A DNA stretch of 64,000 nt from Planctomycetota bacterium. Its GTDB lineage: Bacteria; Planctomycetota; UBA1135; UBA2386. Of this stretch, positions 27,471 through 37,351 are shown piece by piece. The notes beneath the pieces were generated by a model. It ran no database searches. It had not been told where the DNA came from and saw only the letters and a program-made list of their open reading frames with translations. Numbering within the stretch: the first letter of the stretch is position 1; every line of letters begins with the position of its first letter. The stretch is from NCBI GenBank assembly GCA_965228735.1, contig OZ245838.1, positions 4,000,001 to 4,064,000 of the forward strand. The letters are read 5' to 3'. A program made the translations under genes and the position numbers.

Positions 27471-28946
27471 TCACGCGATGAGTTCGGGGACCGGATCGGC
27501 GCCTTCGGTGCCGACGAGGCGCTGGTCGAGACCCGCGTAGAAGTAGGCGAGGCGGTTGGGGTCCAGTCCGAGCTGCTGCAGGATCGTCGCGTGCAGGTGC
27601 TTGACGTGCAGCGGCCGCTCGACGGCGGCGTTGCCGAGTTCGTCCGTCGTGCCGAGCGAGAAGCCGCCTTTGATGCCGCCGCCGGCGAGCCACATCGTGA
27701 AGCCCTTGCTGTCGTGGTCGCGACCGGTGCCCTTCGCGTACTCGGCGGTCGGCTGGCGGCCGAACTCGCCGCCCCAGACGACGATCGTCGAGTCGAGCAG
27801 CCCCCGTTGCTTGAGGTCGGTCAGCAGCGCCGCGATCGGCTGATCCGTCGCCCCCGCGTGCTTGTTGTGGTTGATCTCGAGATCGCCGTGGGCGTCCCAG
27901 TTGTGATCATTGTGGTTGCCGCCGGAGTAGATCTGGATGAAGCGCACGCCACGTTCGACGAGTCGGCGCGCGAGCAGGCACTTCCTGCCGAAGTCCTCCG
28001 TCCGCTCGTCCTCGATGCCGTAGAGCTGCTTGATGTAGTCCGGCTCGTTGCTGATGTCGATCGCTTCGGGCGCGTGCGACTGCATGCGATAGGCGAGCTC
28101 GTAGCTCGAGATCCGCGCCGCGAGATCGGTGTCGTCGTGGCGGGGCCGCAGGTGCGCCTCGTTCTGCTCCCTCAGCGTGTCGAGCAACCGGCGCTGCTCC
28201 GACTTCGTCATGCCCTTCGGCAGCGCGAGATCGAGGATCGGCTCGCCCGTCGGGCGCAACACGGTGCCCTGGTAGACCGCGGGCATGTAGCCGCTCGACC
28301 AGTTCTTCGCGCCCGAGATCGGCCCGCCGGTCTTGTCGAGCATCACGACGAAGCCCGGCAGGTTCTCGTTCTCGCTGCCGAGTCCGTAGGTCACCCACGA
28401 GCCCATGCACGGCGCTCCCGACAGGATGCGGCCGCTGTTCATCATCAGCATCGCCGAGCCGTGCAGCGGCGAGTCGGCGTACATGCTGTGCACGAACGAG
28501 ATGTCGTCGACGCAGCGCGCGACGTGCGGGAACAGGTCGCTCACGTACTTGCCGCATTCACCGTACTGGCGGAAGTTCCACTTCGGTCCGACGACGCGGC
28601 CCTGCGCCTTGGTGCCGCCACGGCCCTTCGTCTGGATGTCGATCGTCTTGCCGTCGAGCGGGTAGAGCTTCGGCTTGTAGTCGAACGTGTCGACCTGGCT
28701 CGGCCCCCCGTACATGAACAGGAAGATCACCGCCTTGGCCTTGCCCGGATGATGTGGGCGCTTCGGCGCCATCGGGTTGCCCTGGCCCTCGTCTGGCTGC
28801 GATCCGACCCGTCGATCCAGGCGGTCGAACGCGCCGTCGCGCGACAAGAGGTCGACGAGGCCGAGCGAGCCGAAACCGGCGCCGGCCTGCCAGACGAACT
28901 CGCGGCGCGTGCGGCCGCAGAACGTGTTCTTCGCGTTCATTGCCAT
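27471..28946 (-). CDS. DUF1501 domain protein (Tat-like RR leader)
   Basis: TRREF leader, IFLFMYGGPSQVDTFDYKP, ARRLVERGVRF, WDAH, GEFGR, GRDH. Confidence 0.92.
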   Translation of the reverse strand: MAMNAKNTFCGRTRREFVWQAGAGFGSLGLVDLLSRDGAFDRLDRRVGSQPDEGQGNPMAPKRPHHPGKAKAVIFLFMYGGPSQVDTFDYKPKLYPLDGKTIDIQTKGRGGTKAQGRVVGPKWNFRQYGECGKYVSDLFPHVARCVDDISFVHSMYADSPLHGSAMLMMNSGRILSGAPCMGSWVTYGLGSENENLPGFVVMLDKTGGPISGAKNWSSGYMPAVYQGTVLRPTGEPILDLALPKGMTKSEQRRLLDTLREQNEAHLRPRHDDTDLAARISSYELAYRMQSHAPEAIDISNEPDYIKQLYGIEDERTEDFGRKCLLARRLVERGVRFIQIYSGGNHNDHNWDAHGDLEINHNKHAGATDQPIAALLTDLKQRGLLDSTIVVWGGEFGRQPTAEYAKGTGRDHDSKGFTMWLAGGGIKGGFSLGTTDELGNAAVERPLHVKHLHATILQQLGLDPNRLAYFYAGLDQRLVGTEGADPVPELIA

Positions 28947-28947
28947 C

Positions 28948-31734
28948 TCAATCGATGTAGATCATCTCGTTGCAGTTGAGCAGCACCAGACAGCATCGCT
29001 GCAACGCCTCCACGGCAGTGCGCCCGTGGTCGCGCACGAGGTCGCGATGGAGCGCCAGCAGGCGATCGAGGTCGGCGGCCCGCTCCGGCCGTTGCGTCAC
29101 GAGCCGCAGGCCGAGCGCGAGCTGCGCCCGCAGCTCCGAGCTCTCGGACTGCAGACGCAGCGCGAACCTGGCCGCCTGCTCCTGCGCGAAGTCGCCGTTG
29201 AGCATCGTCAACGCCTGCGTCGCCTGCACGGTCGCGAAGCGCACGGGGCAGCTGTTGTCGGTATCCGCCTTGTCGAACCCGGCGAGCAGCGGCTCGGGCA
29301 ACGACCGCTTCGTGTGCACGTAGAGACTGCGGCGCGCCGCCTGCTCGGGCGATGACCGGCCCCACGCCGCGTCGGGCCGCGATGCGGTCGCGAGCACGGC
29401 CGGCGGCAACGGCGGATACACCCACGGGCCGCCGAGCTGCGGGTTGAGCTCGTTGCTCATCGTGAGGATCGTGTCCCGGATCTCCTCCGCCGTGAGACGC
29501 CGGCGATCGAAGCGCCAGAACGCGTCGTTCCGCGGGTCGACAACCGCCGCCGCGGGGCGCGGCGCCGACGACATGCGATAGGTCGACGACAGCACGATCA
29601 GCCGGTGCATCGCCTTGAGGCTGCCGCCCTGCGCCTTGACCTCACACGCGAGCCAGTCGAGCAGCTCGGGATGCGTCGGATGCTCGCCGAGCCGGCCGAA
29701 GTCGTTGGGGAAGCGCGACAGGCCGCGGCCGAAGTGGAACTGCCAGAGGCGATTGCCGATTACGCGCCACGTGAGCACGTTGTTCGCGTCGGTGATCCAG
29801 CGCGCGAGCGCCGTGCGACGTCGGTGATCCTCGATCACCGGCGCGCGCGGCGTGAGCATTCCGGGGAACGCCGGCTCGACCTCGTCGCCCTTCACGTGCG
29901 CGCTGCCGCGGACCCGGACGAAGCTCGGCTCCGGCGGAGTGCGCTTGTCGCTGACGCACAGGATCTCGACCGTCGGCAACACGGGCCGCGTGAGGCCCTG
30001 CAATTCGTCGAACGCCGCCGCCCGTCCGTCGACGTCGCCGCTGCCGGCCGGCAACGCACGGACCATCGCCGGCGCCGCGATCCCGTCACGCAATCCGAGC
30101 GCGAGCGCTGCGACCTCGCCCGGCGCGAGCGCGCGCGAGAAGAACTGCAGTTCGTCGAGATCGCCGCGGAAGAAGCGCCCGCCCGCGGCCGACCGGCCGA
30201 CGACGAGGCGCTGCGGCGCGTTGAGCGCCTTGGTGTTGCCCTGCTTGCTGTCGGCGAGCACGCCGTCGACGTAGAGCGCGGCGCGACCGGAATCGCGATC
30301 GCGGGTGAACGCCACGTGGTGCCACTCGCCGTCGTGGTGACCGGAGCCGGAAGCGAGAAACGTCTCGGGCTGCCCGACACCCGCCGCGATCCGCCCGTCG
30401 CCATACCACGAGACGCCCCAGTCACGCGTGATCCCGCGCACCTCGCCGTCGACGAGCCCCGCGCCCTGGAACCACCGCGGGCGTTTCTCTTGCCCCGGGC
30501 CCGGCTGGTCGCTGCGCACGAAGAACGACACCGTGAACGAGCTCTGCACGACCCGCGGCAGGAGCACGGCGTCGTCGCCGTCGAAGCGCATGGCCGAGCC
30601 CATCCGCCCGTCGACCTCCACGACCTGGCCCTCGATGACCCCGTCGCGGTTGCCGTACTCGTCGCGCAGGACGGTCGCGTGCAGTTCGTCGCCGCTGTAG
30701 CGCGCGACCACGTCGGCGCGCGCGTCCTCGAGCAGCCGCGCCCGATCGAGCTCACTCGTCGCCGCCCGCGCGGCTTCGGCCACGCCACGGATGCGCGTGA
30801 CGATGTCCTGCCGACGCGCCTCGAACGCGTTCATCTCGCGCTCGAACACGTCTTCCGCACCGTCGACCGGCACCTCGCGCGACTGCCGATCGTAGGGCTC
30901 GAGGTTCTCGAAGAACGCCAGGAACGAGTAGTAGTCGCGCGCGAGCAGCGGGTCCTTCTTGTGATCGTGGCACCGCGCACAACCCATCGAGATGCCGAGC
31001 ATGACGCGCCCCGTCGTATCGGCGATGCCGTCGAGGTCGTCGTACCGCGCCTGCAGCCGATCCGTCGGCTCATCGTCGCTGATGCCGAGCCGGTAGTAGC
31101 CCGTCGCGATCCGATCCGCGACCGTCGCGTTCGCGAGCTCGTCGCCCGCGAGCTGCTTCGTCAGGAAGTCCTGATACGGCATGTCCGCGTTGAACGCGTC
31201 GACGACCCAGTCGCGATAGCGCCAGATGAACGGCTTCTTGTTGTCGCGCTCGTAGCCGTCGGTCTCGGCATAGCGCACGAGGTCGAGCCAGTGCCGCGCC
31301 CATTTGACGCCGTACTGCTCCGAGCTGAGCAGGCGTTCGACGACCCGGTCGTAGGCGTCCGGCGACTCGTCCGCGAGGAACGCTACGATTTCGCCGGCGG
31401 TCGGCGGCAACCCGGTCAGGTCGTACGTCACGCGTCGCAGCAGCGCGTGCTTGTCGGCCGCCGCCGCCGGCTCGAGGCCGCGCGCTTCGAGCCCGGCGAG
31501 CACGAAGCGATCGATCGCGCCCCGCGCCCAGCCCGCGTCCTGCACCGCCGGCACGGCGGGTCGAGTGAGCGGCCGATACGCCCACCAGTCGTCGCCCTCG
31601 CCCTGCGCGAGCAGCGCCGACGTGACGCCGAAGCACGTGATGGACGCGATCAGCGCACGGGCCGACGTGGCGCGGGTCAACCTGGGAAGGGCCAACCTGG
31701 CGCGGGTGAGCCTGGCACGGACGAACTTGATCAC
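28948..31734 (-). CDS. DUF1549/DUF1553 planctomycete cytochrome-c-like protein with an inserted LamG domain
   Basis: LLRRVTYDLTGLPP, WLDLVRYAET, CARCHDHK (CxxCH), PTHPELLDWLA, and LamG motif DGEWHHVAFT...LYVDG. Confidence 0.9.
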   Translation of the reverse strand: MIKFVRARLTRARLALPRLTRATSARALIASITCFGVTSALLAQGEGDDWWAYRPLTRPAVPAVQDAGWARGAIDRFVLAGLEARGLEPAAAADKHALLRRVTYDLTGLPPTAGEIVAFLADESPDAYDRVVERLLSSEQYGVKWARHWLDLVRYAETDGYERDNKKPFIWRYRDWVVDAFNADMPYQDFLTKQLAGDELANATVADRIATGYYRLGISDDEPTDRLQARYDDLDGIADTTGRVMLGISMGCARCHDHKKDPLLARDYYSFLAFFENLEPYDRQSREVPVDGAEDVFEREMNAFEARRQDIVTRIRGVAEAARAATSELDRARLLEDARADVVARYSGDELHATVLRDEYGNRDGVIEGQVVEVDGRMGSAMRFDGDDAVLLPRVVQSSFTVSFFVRSDQPGPGQEKRPRWFQGAGLVDGEVRGITRDWGVSWYGDGRIAAGVGQPETFLASGSGHHDGEWHHVAFTRDRDSGRAALYVDGVLADSKQGNTKALNAPQRLVVGRSAAGGRFFRGDLDELQFFSRALAPGEVAALALGLRDGIAAPAMVRALPAGSGDVDGRAAAFDELQGLTRPVLPTVEILCVSDKRTPPEPSFVRVRGSAHVKGDEVEPAFPGMLTPRAPVIEDHRRRTALARWITDANNVLTWRVIGNRLWQFHFGRGLSRFPNDFGRLGEHPTHPELLDWLACEVKAQGGSLKAMHRLIVLSSTYRMSSAPRPAAAVVDPRNDAFWRFDRRRLTAEEIRDTILTMSNELNPQLGGPWVYPPLPPAVLATASRPDAAWGRSSPEQAARRSLYVHTKRSLPEPLLAGFDKADTDNSCPVRFATVQATQALTMLNGDFAQEQAARFALRLQSESSELRAQLALGLRLVTQRPERAADLDRLLALHRDLVRDHGRTAVEALQRCCLVLLNCNEMIYID

Positions 31735-31832
31735 CGCGACACGGTATGCGCTCCGACCGGTCGGCTCACCCCCCGGTCGGGTGTCAAAGTGGTGATTCTG
31801 TGGGCCGAGTTCCGACCGCGAGGCCAGGACCG

Positions 31833-34100
31833 CTACCGCTGCTCCGTTGCCGACGCCGCGTCGGCATCGTCGGGGCCGTCACCGGTCATCTCGTCCTCCG
31901 CGGCGGCCTCGGCTGCCGCGATCAGCTCCGCGAGCGCGAGCACCCGCGGGTTCTGCACGTCCACGCCGGCGGCCAGCGCGAGGTCGAGATCGGCGGCCGC
32001 CGCGTCGACGTCGTCGAGCGACAGCGCCGCGAACGCGCGGTTTGCGAACAACTCGCCGGGCGCCTCTTCGGCCGCGGTCGACCCCAGCAGCTTCCGGGCG
32101 GCCTCGAACTCGCCGAGAGCGAGCAGCGCCGCCGCCAGGTTCGAGGCGGACAACGGCGAGCCGGCAGTCGCGTGGGCTCGGGCGAAGTAGCCCTTCGCCG
32201 CGTGGGCGGATCCGTGACCGAGCTCGAGCGCGCCGCGCGCCGTCGCGATGACCGGATCGTCGGCGAGCGCGATCGCGCGATCGAGCAGTCGGCGCGCCTG
32301 CGGCACGTTGCCCTGGCGCGCGTAGAGGATCCCTGCCGCCGTGAGCGCCATCGCGTTGCGCGGCTCGAGCTGCACGGCCCGTTCGATCGAGGCCAGCGCC
32401 TGGCGGACCTGACCGCCATGGAGCTCGGACTGCGCCCGATCGAGCCAGTGTCCCGCGAGCCCGTGCCGGGTGACGGTCAGCCCTTCGTCGGCCGGCAGCT
32501 CGACGGGCAACGCATCGGGCGTCCGCACGCCGATGCCCGACGGGTGGCGCGCCGAGCCCTGGAGCGAACCACCGCTCCAGTCCTCGGAGCGCAGTTCATC
32601 GAGCCCGATCGAGTTGAACTGGAACCCGCGCCGCAGCTGCACGAGCCGATGCGACCCACGCCGCACGGCCTCCTCGATCCACGTATCGTCGAGCACGCGG
32701 GGCGACAGGATGATCATGAGCTCGACCTCGGTCCGCGACTGCACGGTGCTCGAGAAGAGCTGCCCGACGAACGGGATGTTCATCAGGAACGGCACGCCCT
32801 GACGGGTCTCGTCCTTCCGCGTGCTCCGCAAGCCGCCGAGCGCGATCGCCTGACCGTCGGACACCCGCACGAGCGTCGTCGCCGTGCGTTCGCTGACGAC
32901 CGGCACCTCGACCAGACCGTCGGGCGTGATCACCGTGCCGGTGCGCTCGCGCACGGAGGGCGAGATCGCGACCGTGAGGATGCCGTCCTCGCCGATCATG
33001 GGGCGCACGTTCAGCGTCACGCCGGTATCGACGAAGTCGACGCTGAACTCGGTTCGCGCCAACCCGCCGTTGTCGATGACCTCGCGCGAGATCACGGGGA
33101 CCTGATCGACGACCGCGATGTTCGCCGGCTGGTTGTTCATCGTCGCCACGCGAGGGCTGCTCAGCACGCGCACCTCGCCCTGCCGCTGCAGCGCGTCGAC
33201 GAACGCGGAGAAGTCACCCGTGTCGAGCACGCCGAACGTGAGCGCAGCGCCGCCCGACGCGGCGGTCTGCGTCAGCACGCCGCCGCCCGTCGCCGTACCG
33301 ACCTTGTTGCTGTTGAAGAGGTCGGGCAGCAGCGACCAGTTGACGCCGAGGCTGTAGCTGTCGTTGAGGCGCACCTCGAGGATCCGCGCCTCGAGCGACA
33401 CCTGTCTATTCACGCGCCGCAGCGTCGTGTCGATGAGCTCGCGCAGGCGCGCGACCCGCTGCGGACTGGCTTCGACGTGGACGGTCGCCGAGGCGCGGTT
33501 GATCACCGCATCGGCACCGTCACCCAGCACCTGCGGCAGCATCGTCTCGAGATCGGCCCAGAAGTCGACGTCGTTCTGCCCGGCACCCTGCGCGCCGGCG
33601 TTGGCTTGCCCACCGCCGGCCGCGGCGGCGCCCTGCATGTTGGGACCGATCGTGTTCTCGACCGACATCAGGTCCACGTACATCGTCTCGCGCACGCGGT
33701 CGGTCACGCGCAGGAAGCCGCCGTCCCACGAGTACCCGAGGTCCACGCTCTCGAGCAACGCTTCGAACGCCTGCTCGATCGTCGACTGCTTGATGTCGAA
33801 CGTGCACGGCGTCGCGGCGACGTCGGGGTCGACGATCAGATTGATGTCGGAGTCCTTGAACAGCGCGAGCAGCACATCGCCGACCGCGCTGTTGCGGGCC
33901 TGGAGCGATTGCATGGCGCGCCCGGTCGATCGGGTCGCCGAGAGCTCCGGCATCGGAACGACGAGCATCGGTCGATAGACCGCCGAGCCGGCGCCATCGT
34001 CCTGATCCAACCTCGGGGGCGAGGCCTCGCCCATCGGCGTGCAGCACGCGAGGACTGCGGCACCCCAGGCCGCCACTACCGTCTGACAACGTCGCATCAT
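31833..34100 (-). CDS. Secretin (MshL/PilQ/GspD-like) lipoprotein with a C-terminal TPR domain
   Basis: Lipobox VLAC, STN-like domain, QVSLEARILEV, LSSPRVATMNNQPA, GVPFLMNIPFVGQLF, followed by TPR repeats. Confidence 0.9.
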   Translation of the reverse strand: MMRRCQTVVAAWGAAVLACCTPMGEASPPRLDQDDGAGSAVYRPMLVVPMPELSATRSTGRAMQSLQARNSAVGDVLLALFKDSDINLIVDPDVAATPCTFDIKQSTIEQAFEALLESVDLGYSWDGGFLRVTDRVRETMYVDLMSVENTIGPNMQGAAAAGGGQANAGAQGAGQNDVDFWADLETMLPQVLGDGADAVINRASATVHVEASPQRVARLRELIDTTLRRVNRQVSLEARILEVRLNDSYSLGVNWSLLPDLFNSNKVGTATGGGVLTQTAASGGAALTFGVLDTGDFSAFVDALQRQGEVRVLSSPRVATMNNQPANIAVVDQVPVISREVIDNGGLARTEFSVDFVDTGVTLNVRPMIGEDGILTVAISPSVRERTGTVITPDGLVEVPVVSERTATTLVRVSDGQAIALGGLRSTRKDETRQGVPFLMNIPFVGQLFSSTVQSRTEVELMIILSPRVLDDTWIEEAVRRGSHRLVQLRRGFQFNSIGLDELRSEDWSGGSLQGSARHPSGIGVRTPDALPVELPADEGLTVTRHGLAGHWLDRAQSELHGGQVRQALASIERAVQLEPRNAMALTAAGILYARQGNVPQARRLLDRAIALADDPVIATARGALELGHGSAHAAKGYFARAHATAGSPLSASNLAAALLALGEFEAARKLLGSTAAEEAPGELFANRAFAALSLDDVDAAAADLDLALAAGVDVQNPRVLALAELIAAAEAAAEDEMTGDGPDDADAASATEQR

Positions 34101-34753
34101 TTCTCTCCTCTCCCCGTATCTCCGTCGATGGCCGTGGCCATCGCGGGCGCGGCGACTACGTCGGCCGCGGCTGCGGACGCGGCCAGTTCTGCCGCGCGCC
34201 GCCGTTCGAGCTCACTCCGGAACTCGCGCGGCCAGGCGTTCTCGAAATCGTAGGTGAGCACCCGGCCGCGCCAGATCCCGACGACGGCGCCGCGCTCGAT
34301 CCGTTCGACGGCGAAGCCCTGGATCTCCTCGCCGGTCCCGACCACCTGCCCGCCCAGAACGGCGCGGTCGGCGCGGTCGCTGAGCATGACCACGCCGAGC
34401 TGCAGCTGCGGCGGCTCCGTACCACGCCAGCCGACCGACGGCCCGCCGGTCTCGGCGAGCGGCGTCGGGGCGATCGCCTGCAGGGCCAGCTCGGTGACCG
34501 CCATCCGAACGGGCATGCCGATCGCGTAGCTGCCATGACGAGCCAGCAGGTCCTCCCAGTTGGCCGCATCGGCGCCGGCCAGGACGTCGTTCAGACCATC
34601 CTCGTCGTCGAAGTCGTCGCCCATGGGATCGAACGGCACCGGCGCCGGGCTGCTGCCGAGATCGAGGAGCGCATTGCCAGCGACTGCGCCGCCCACCACG
34701 AGCATGAGCACGGCGACGACGGGCGGCACTCCCTTGCGTTGCTTCTTGCTCAT
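34097..34753 (-). CDS. Pilus/T2SS accessory protein (PilP/MshK/GspC-like position)
   Basis: N-terminal TM helix and an LGVVML...AVLGG...VGTGEEI beta domain. Translationally coupled to the secretin. Confidence 0.55.
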   Translation of the reverse strand: MSKKQRKGVPPVVAVLMLVVGGAVAGNALLDLGSSPAPVPFDPMGDDFDDEDGLNDVLAGADAANWEDLLARHGSYAIGMPVRMAVTELALQAIAPTPLAETGGPSVGWRGTEPPQLQLGVVMLSDRADRAVLGGQVVGTGEEIQGFAVERIERGAVVGIWRGRVLTYDFENAWPREFRSELERRRAAELAASAAAADVVAAPAMATAIDGDTGRGEK

Positions 34754-35265
34754 CGCCCGGCCTCCGCCGTGCCCTCGTGATAGGTCGCGAGACCCAGTTC
34801 GAAACCGACGGTGCCGGGCCCGTCGGGCAGGATTCGCCCGGTCTCGACGACGACGAGGTCGGTCGCGGTCTCGATGCTGGCGATGAACTCGCAGAGTGCC
34901 GTGGGCTCGGCTATCCCGACGGTTCGATAGGTCTGCTTCTCGGCAGCCGACGAGGCGTTGGCCTTGAGCTGCACCAGTTCGACACCGTGCTCGTCACCGA
35001 GCTGTTGGATCGTGCGCAGCGTCCCGGGCACATCGGCGGCGACCGTCAGCTGCCAAGGGCTAGGCTCGGGAACGTTCTCCACGACGGGAGCCGTCCGCGC
35101 CGTCTCGAGCTCGTCCTCGAGATCCAGCAGCCGATCGCCCGCCGCCTGCAGCGCCGCCTCCGCGCTGGCACGCTGCCAGCGCACGACGGCCGCGAACCCG
35201 ACCTGCAGCACCGCAACCGCGATCACGACACCGGCGACCACCCGCCGCTTCTCCATGGTCTTCAC
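34750..35265 (-). CDS. PilO/GspM-like alignment-complex protein
   Basis: TM helix, short coiled coil, ferredoxin-like C-terminus. GGAGG RBS lies before GTG 35265. Confidence 0.6.
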   Translation of the reverse strand: MKTMEKRRVVAGVVIAVAVLQVGFAAVVRWQRASAEAALQAAGDRLLDLEDELETARTAPVVENVPEPSPWQLTVAADVPGTLRTIQQLGDEHGVELVQLKANASSAAEKQTYRTVGIAEPTALCEFIASIETATDLVVVETGRILPDGPGTVGFELGLATYHEGTAEAGR

Positions 35266-36674
35266 GAGTGCCTCCATGCGATCTGCACGCGGAACTGGAC
35301 ACGTTCGGGGTGACCGACCACCTCCTCGACCTCGTCCTTGCCGAGGTCGTGCAGGTAGGGCAACGCGTGGAGCGCGTCGACGAACTGCGCCAGCAGCGCG
35401 AGCGCCTCCTGGCGACTGTCGCCTTCGACGATGCCGGTGATCGTGACGGGCGCGGCACTCGCGAACTGGATCGAACCGATGTGGACGTTCGCCGGCGCGA
35501 GGTTGCTCACCTCGGCGAACATCCGGCTGACGGGTCGGCGCATGCTGAGCGCGAGATCGATCGTGCCGGCAGCGGCAGTCTCGCCGTCGGGAGCCGCGGC
35601 CGCTTGCACCTGGATCAGTTCGTTCTCCAGCCGAGTGCGCTCGACGGCCGCGCGGTCGAGTTCCGCTGTCGTCGCGATCAGCTCGCGGCCGTCGTTGACG
35701 CCATAGGCGAAGACCGCGAGGCCCGCAGCCGCCACCGCGGCGACAGCCGCAACACGGCGCCGCGGCCATGGCACGTCGAGGTGCGGTTCGCGCTCGAGCG
35801 CCGGCACACGCTGTCCGGCGAACAGCTGCTCCATGAGCATGAGCGTTGCGAGGCCGGGCGTCGTATCGATCTCGTCGAGATCCCAATCGAGCTCGGGGAA
35901 CTCGATGTCGTTGGCGATGCCGGCGAGCAGCTCCATCGACTCGTCGTCGAACGGGAACCGTCGACCCAGCACGAGCATGCTCGGCTCGTCGTGTCCGGAT
36001 TCCGTGAGCCAGCTCTTCGTCCGCGGCACTTCGATCGCGAGCTGCGCCGCGAGCGCGAGGGACTCCTCCGTGCCGCCCCGCCCGCCGAGCAGGAAGCGGC
36101 GCACCTTCACCGGCACCCCGCGCTGGCAGTAGACGTAGCGGGCCCGGCCGCCGTTGAGCTCGAGAACTGCCGACGACGCCGCGTCGATCGGCGCCGCGAG
36201 CGCCATGCAGGCCTCCGAGGTGTGCACGCCCAGCACGTCGAGCCCGACGGCCCGACACGCCTGGTCCATCCGCTGGACGACGCTCTGGGGCAAGGCCGAA
36301 ACCGCGACCTCGAACCGGCCGTCCCAGGCCGCGCGCAGCATGCGCGGCGCGAGCAGGACCTCGCTCGACTGCGACATGCTCGACAGGCGCAGCGCCTCGC
36401 GCTTGAGGAACCCGACCATGTCGGCCACCGCCATGCGAGGGACTGCGGCAGCGAAGTGGCACGCCCGACGGTCGCCGATGATCACATGCACACCGGCGGC
36501 ACCCCGCATCGGATCGCTACCGAGCGAGGACAGGGTCGCGCGCAACGTCTCGGCGTTGATGTCGACCAACGGCAGCCGCTCGCAGCTGAAGATCCGCGCG
36601 TTGCCGCCCGCGGCAGCGCCGATCGTCAGCGTGACGCTGCCCTCCTCGAACTCGATGATCGCGTGGGTCTTCAT
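35262..36674 (-). CDS. PilM-PilN fusion (GspL-like)
   Basis: Cytoplasmic actin-like N-domain, TM helix, coiled coil, then a PilN-like domain (NLAPANVHIGSI...ITG). Start MKTHAII. Confidence 0.65.
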   Translation of the reverse strand: MKTHAIIEFEEGSVTLTIGAAAGGNARIFSCERLPLVDINAETLRATLSSLGSDPMRGAAGVHVIIGDRRACHFAAAVPRMAVADMVGFLKREALRLSSMSQSSEVLLAPRMLRAAWDGRFEVAVSALPQSVVQRMDQACRAVGLDVLGVHTSEACMALAAPIDAASSAVLELNGGRARYVYCQRGVPVKVRRFLLGGRGGTEESLALAAQLAIEVPRTKSWLTESGHDEPSMLVLGRRFPFDDESMELLAGIANDIEFPELDWDLDEIDTTPGLATLMLMEQLFAGQRVPALEREPHLDVPWPRRRVAAVAAVAAAGLAVFAYGVNDGRELIATTAELDRAAVERTRLENELIQVQAAAAPDGETAAAGTIDLALSMRRPVSRMFAEVSNLAPANVHIGSIQFASAAPVTITGIVEGDSRQEALALLAQFVDALHALPYLHDLGKDEVEEVVGHPERVQFRVQIAWRHS

Positions 36675-36682
36675 GGCACTGC

Positions 36683-37351
36683 TCAGAATCCGATGTCGTC
36701 GGTCGTGCCGAACGAGCGATCCGGTCCGGCGCTCGTCAGCGTGTGGGTCGCGGCATCCCATTGCAGGGTCGTGCCGAACCCGTCCGTGTCGTAGGAAGCG
36801 CCGAGTCCGATCGCCGTGCGGACCGTCGGCCAATCGCCTGCGACCGAGCCGCCGGCCTCGATGTGCTCGGCGAGCACCTCGACGATGAGTCGAACGCGGG
36901 CGTAGGTCCGGCGCGTGCCCGGCACCGCGCCGGCGACGACCACGACGTGCTCCTCGGTCGCCGCGCCGTCGTCCACGCCGTTCTCGCCCCGACTGTGAAC
37001 GGTGGCGGTGTTGGCCGCGGCATCGACGGCGTAGACGTACTCGAGGCCGGCGCCGAACGAGTCGATCACGGCGGTGTTCGCCACGCCGGTCTGCAGATGC
37101 TCGCCGACGAAGTCCGTCGCGGTCAGACTGACCGGGAAGGCCGCGTTCTCGAAGTAGTACGACTCCAGTGCGCGCGCGATCTTCGCAAGCTCGGCGGTCG
37201 CCTCCTGCCGACGGTCCGCCGCGATCACGGCACCCGCGAGCGGCACGGCCGTGCCGAGCAACAGGCCGAGCACGGCGAGCACGACGACGACTTCGAGCAG
37301 CGTGAAACCGCGCTCGCCGGCACCACGGGAAGCGCGAGCGCTACATGTCAT
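36683..37351 (-). CDS. Prepilin-type (pseudo)pilin
   Basis: G|FTLLEVVVVL class III signal. Confidence 0.85.
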   Translation of the reverse strand: MTCSARASRGAGERGFTLLEVVVVLAVLGLLLGTAVPLAGAVIAADRRQEATAELAKIARALESYYFENAAFPVSLTATDFVGEHLQTGVANTAVIDSFGAGLEYVYAVDAAANTATVHSRGENGVDDGAATEEHVVVVAGAVPGTRRTYARVRLIVEVLAEHIEAGGSVAGDWPTVRTAIGLGASYDTDGFGTTLQWDAATHTLTSAGPDRSFGTTDDIGF

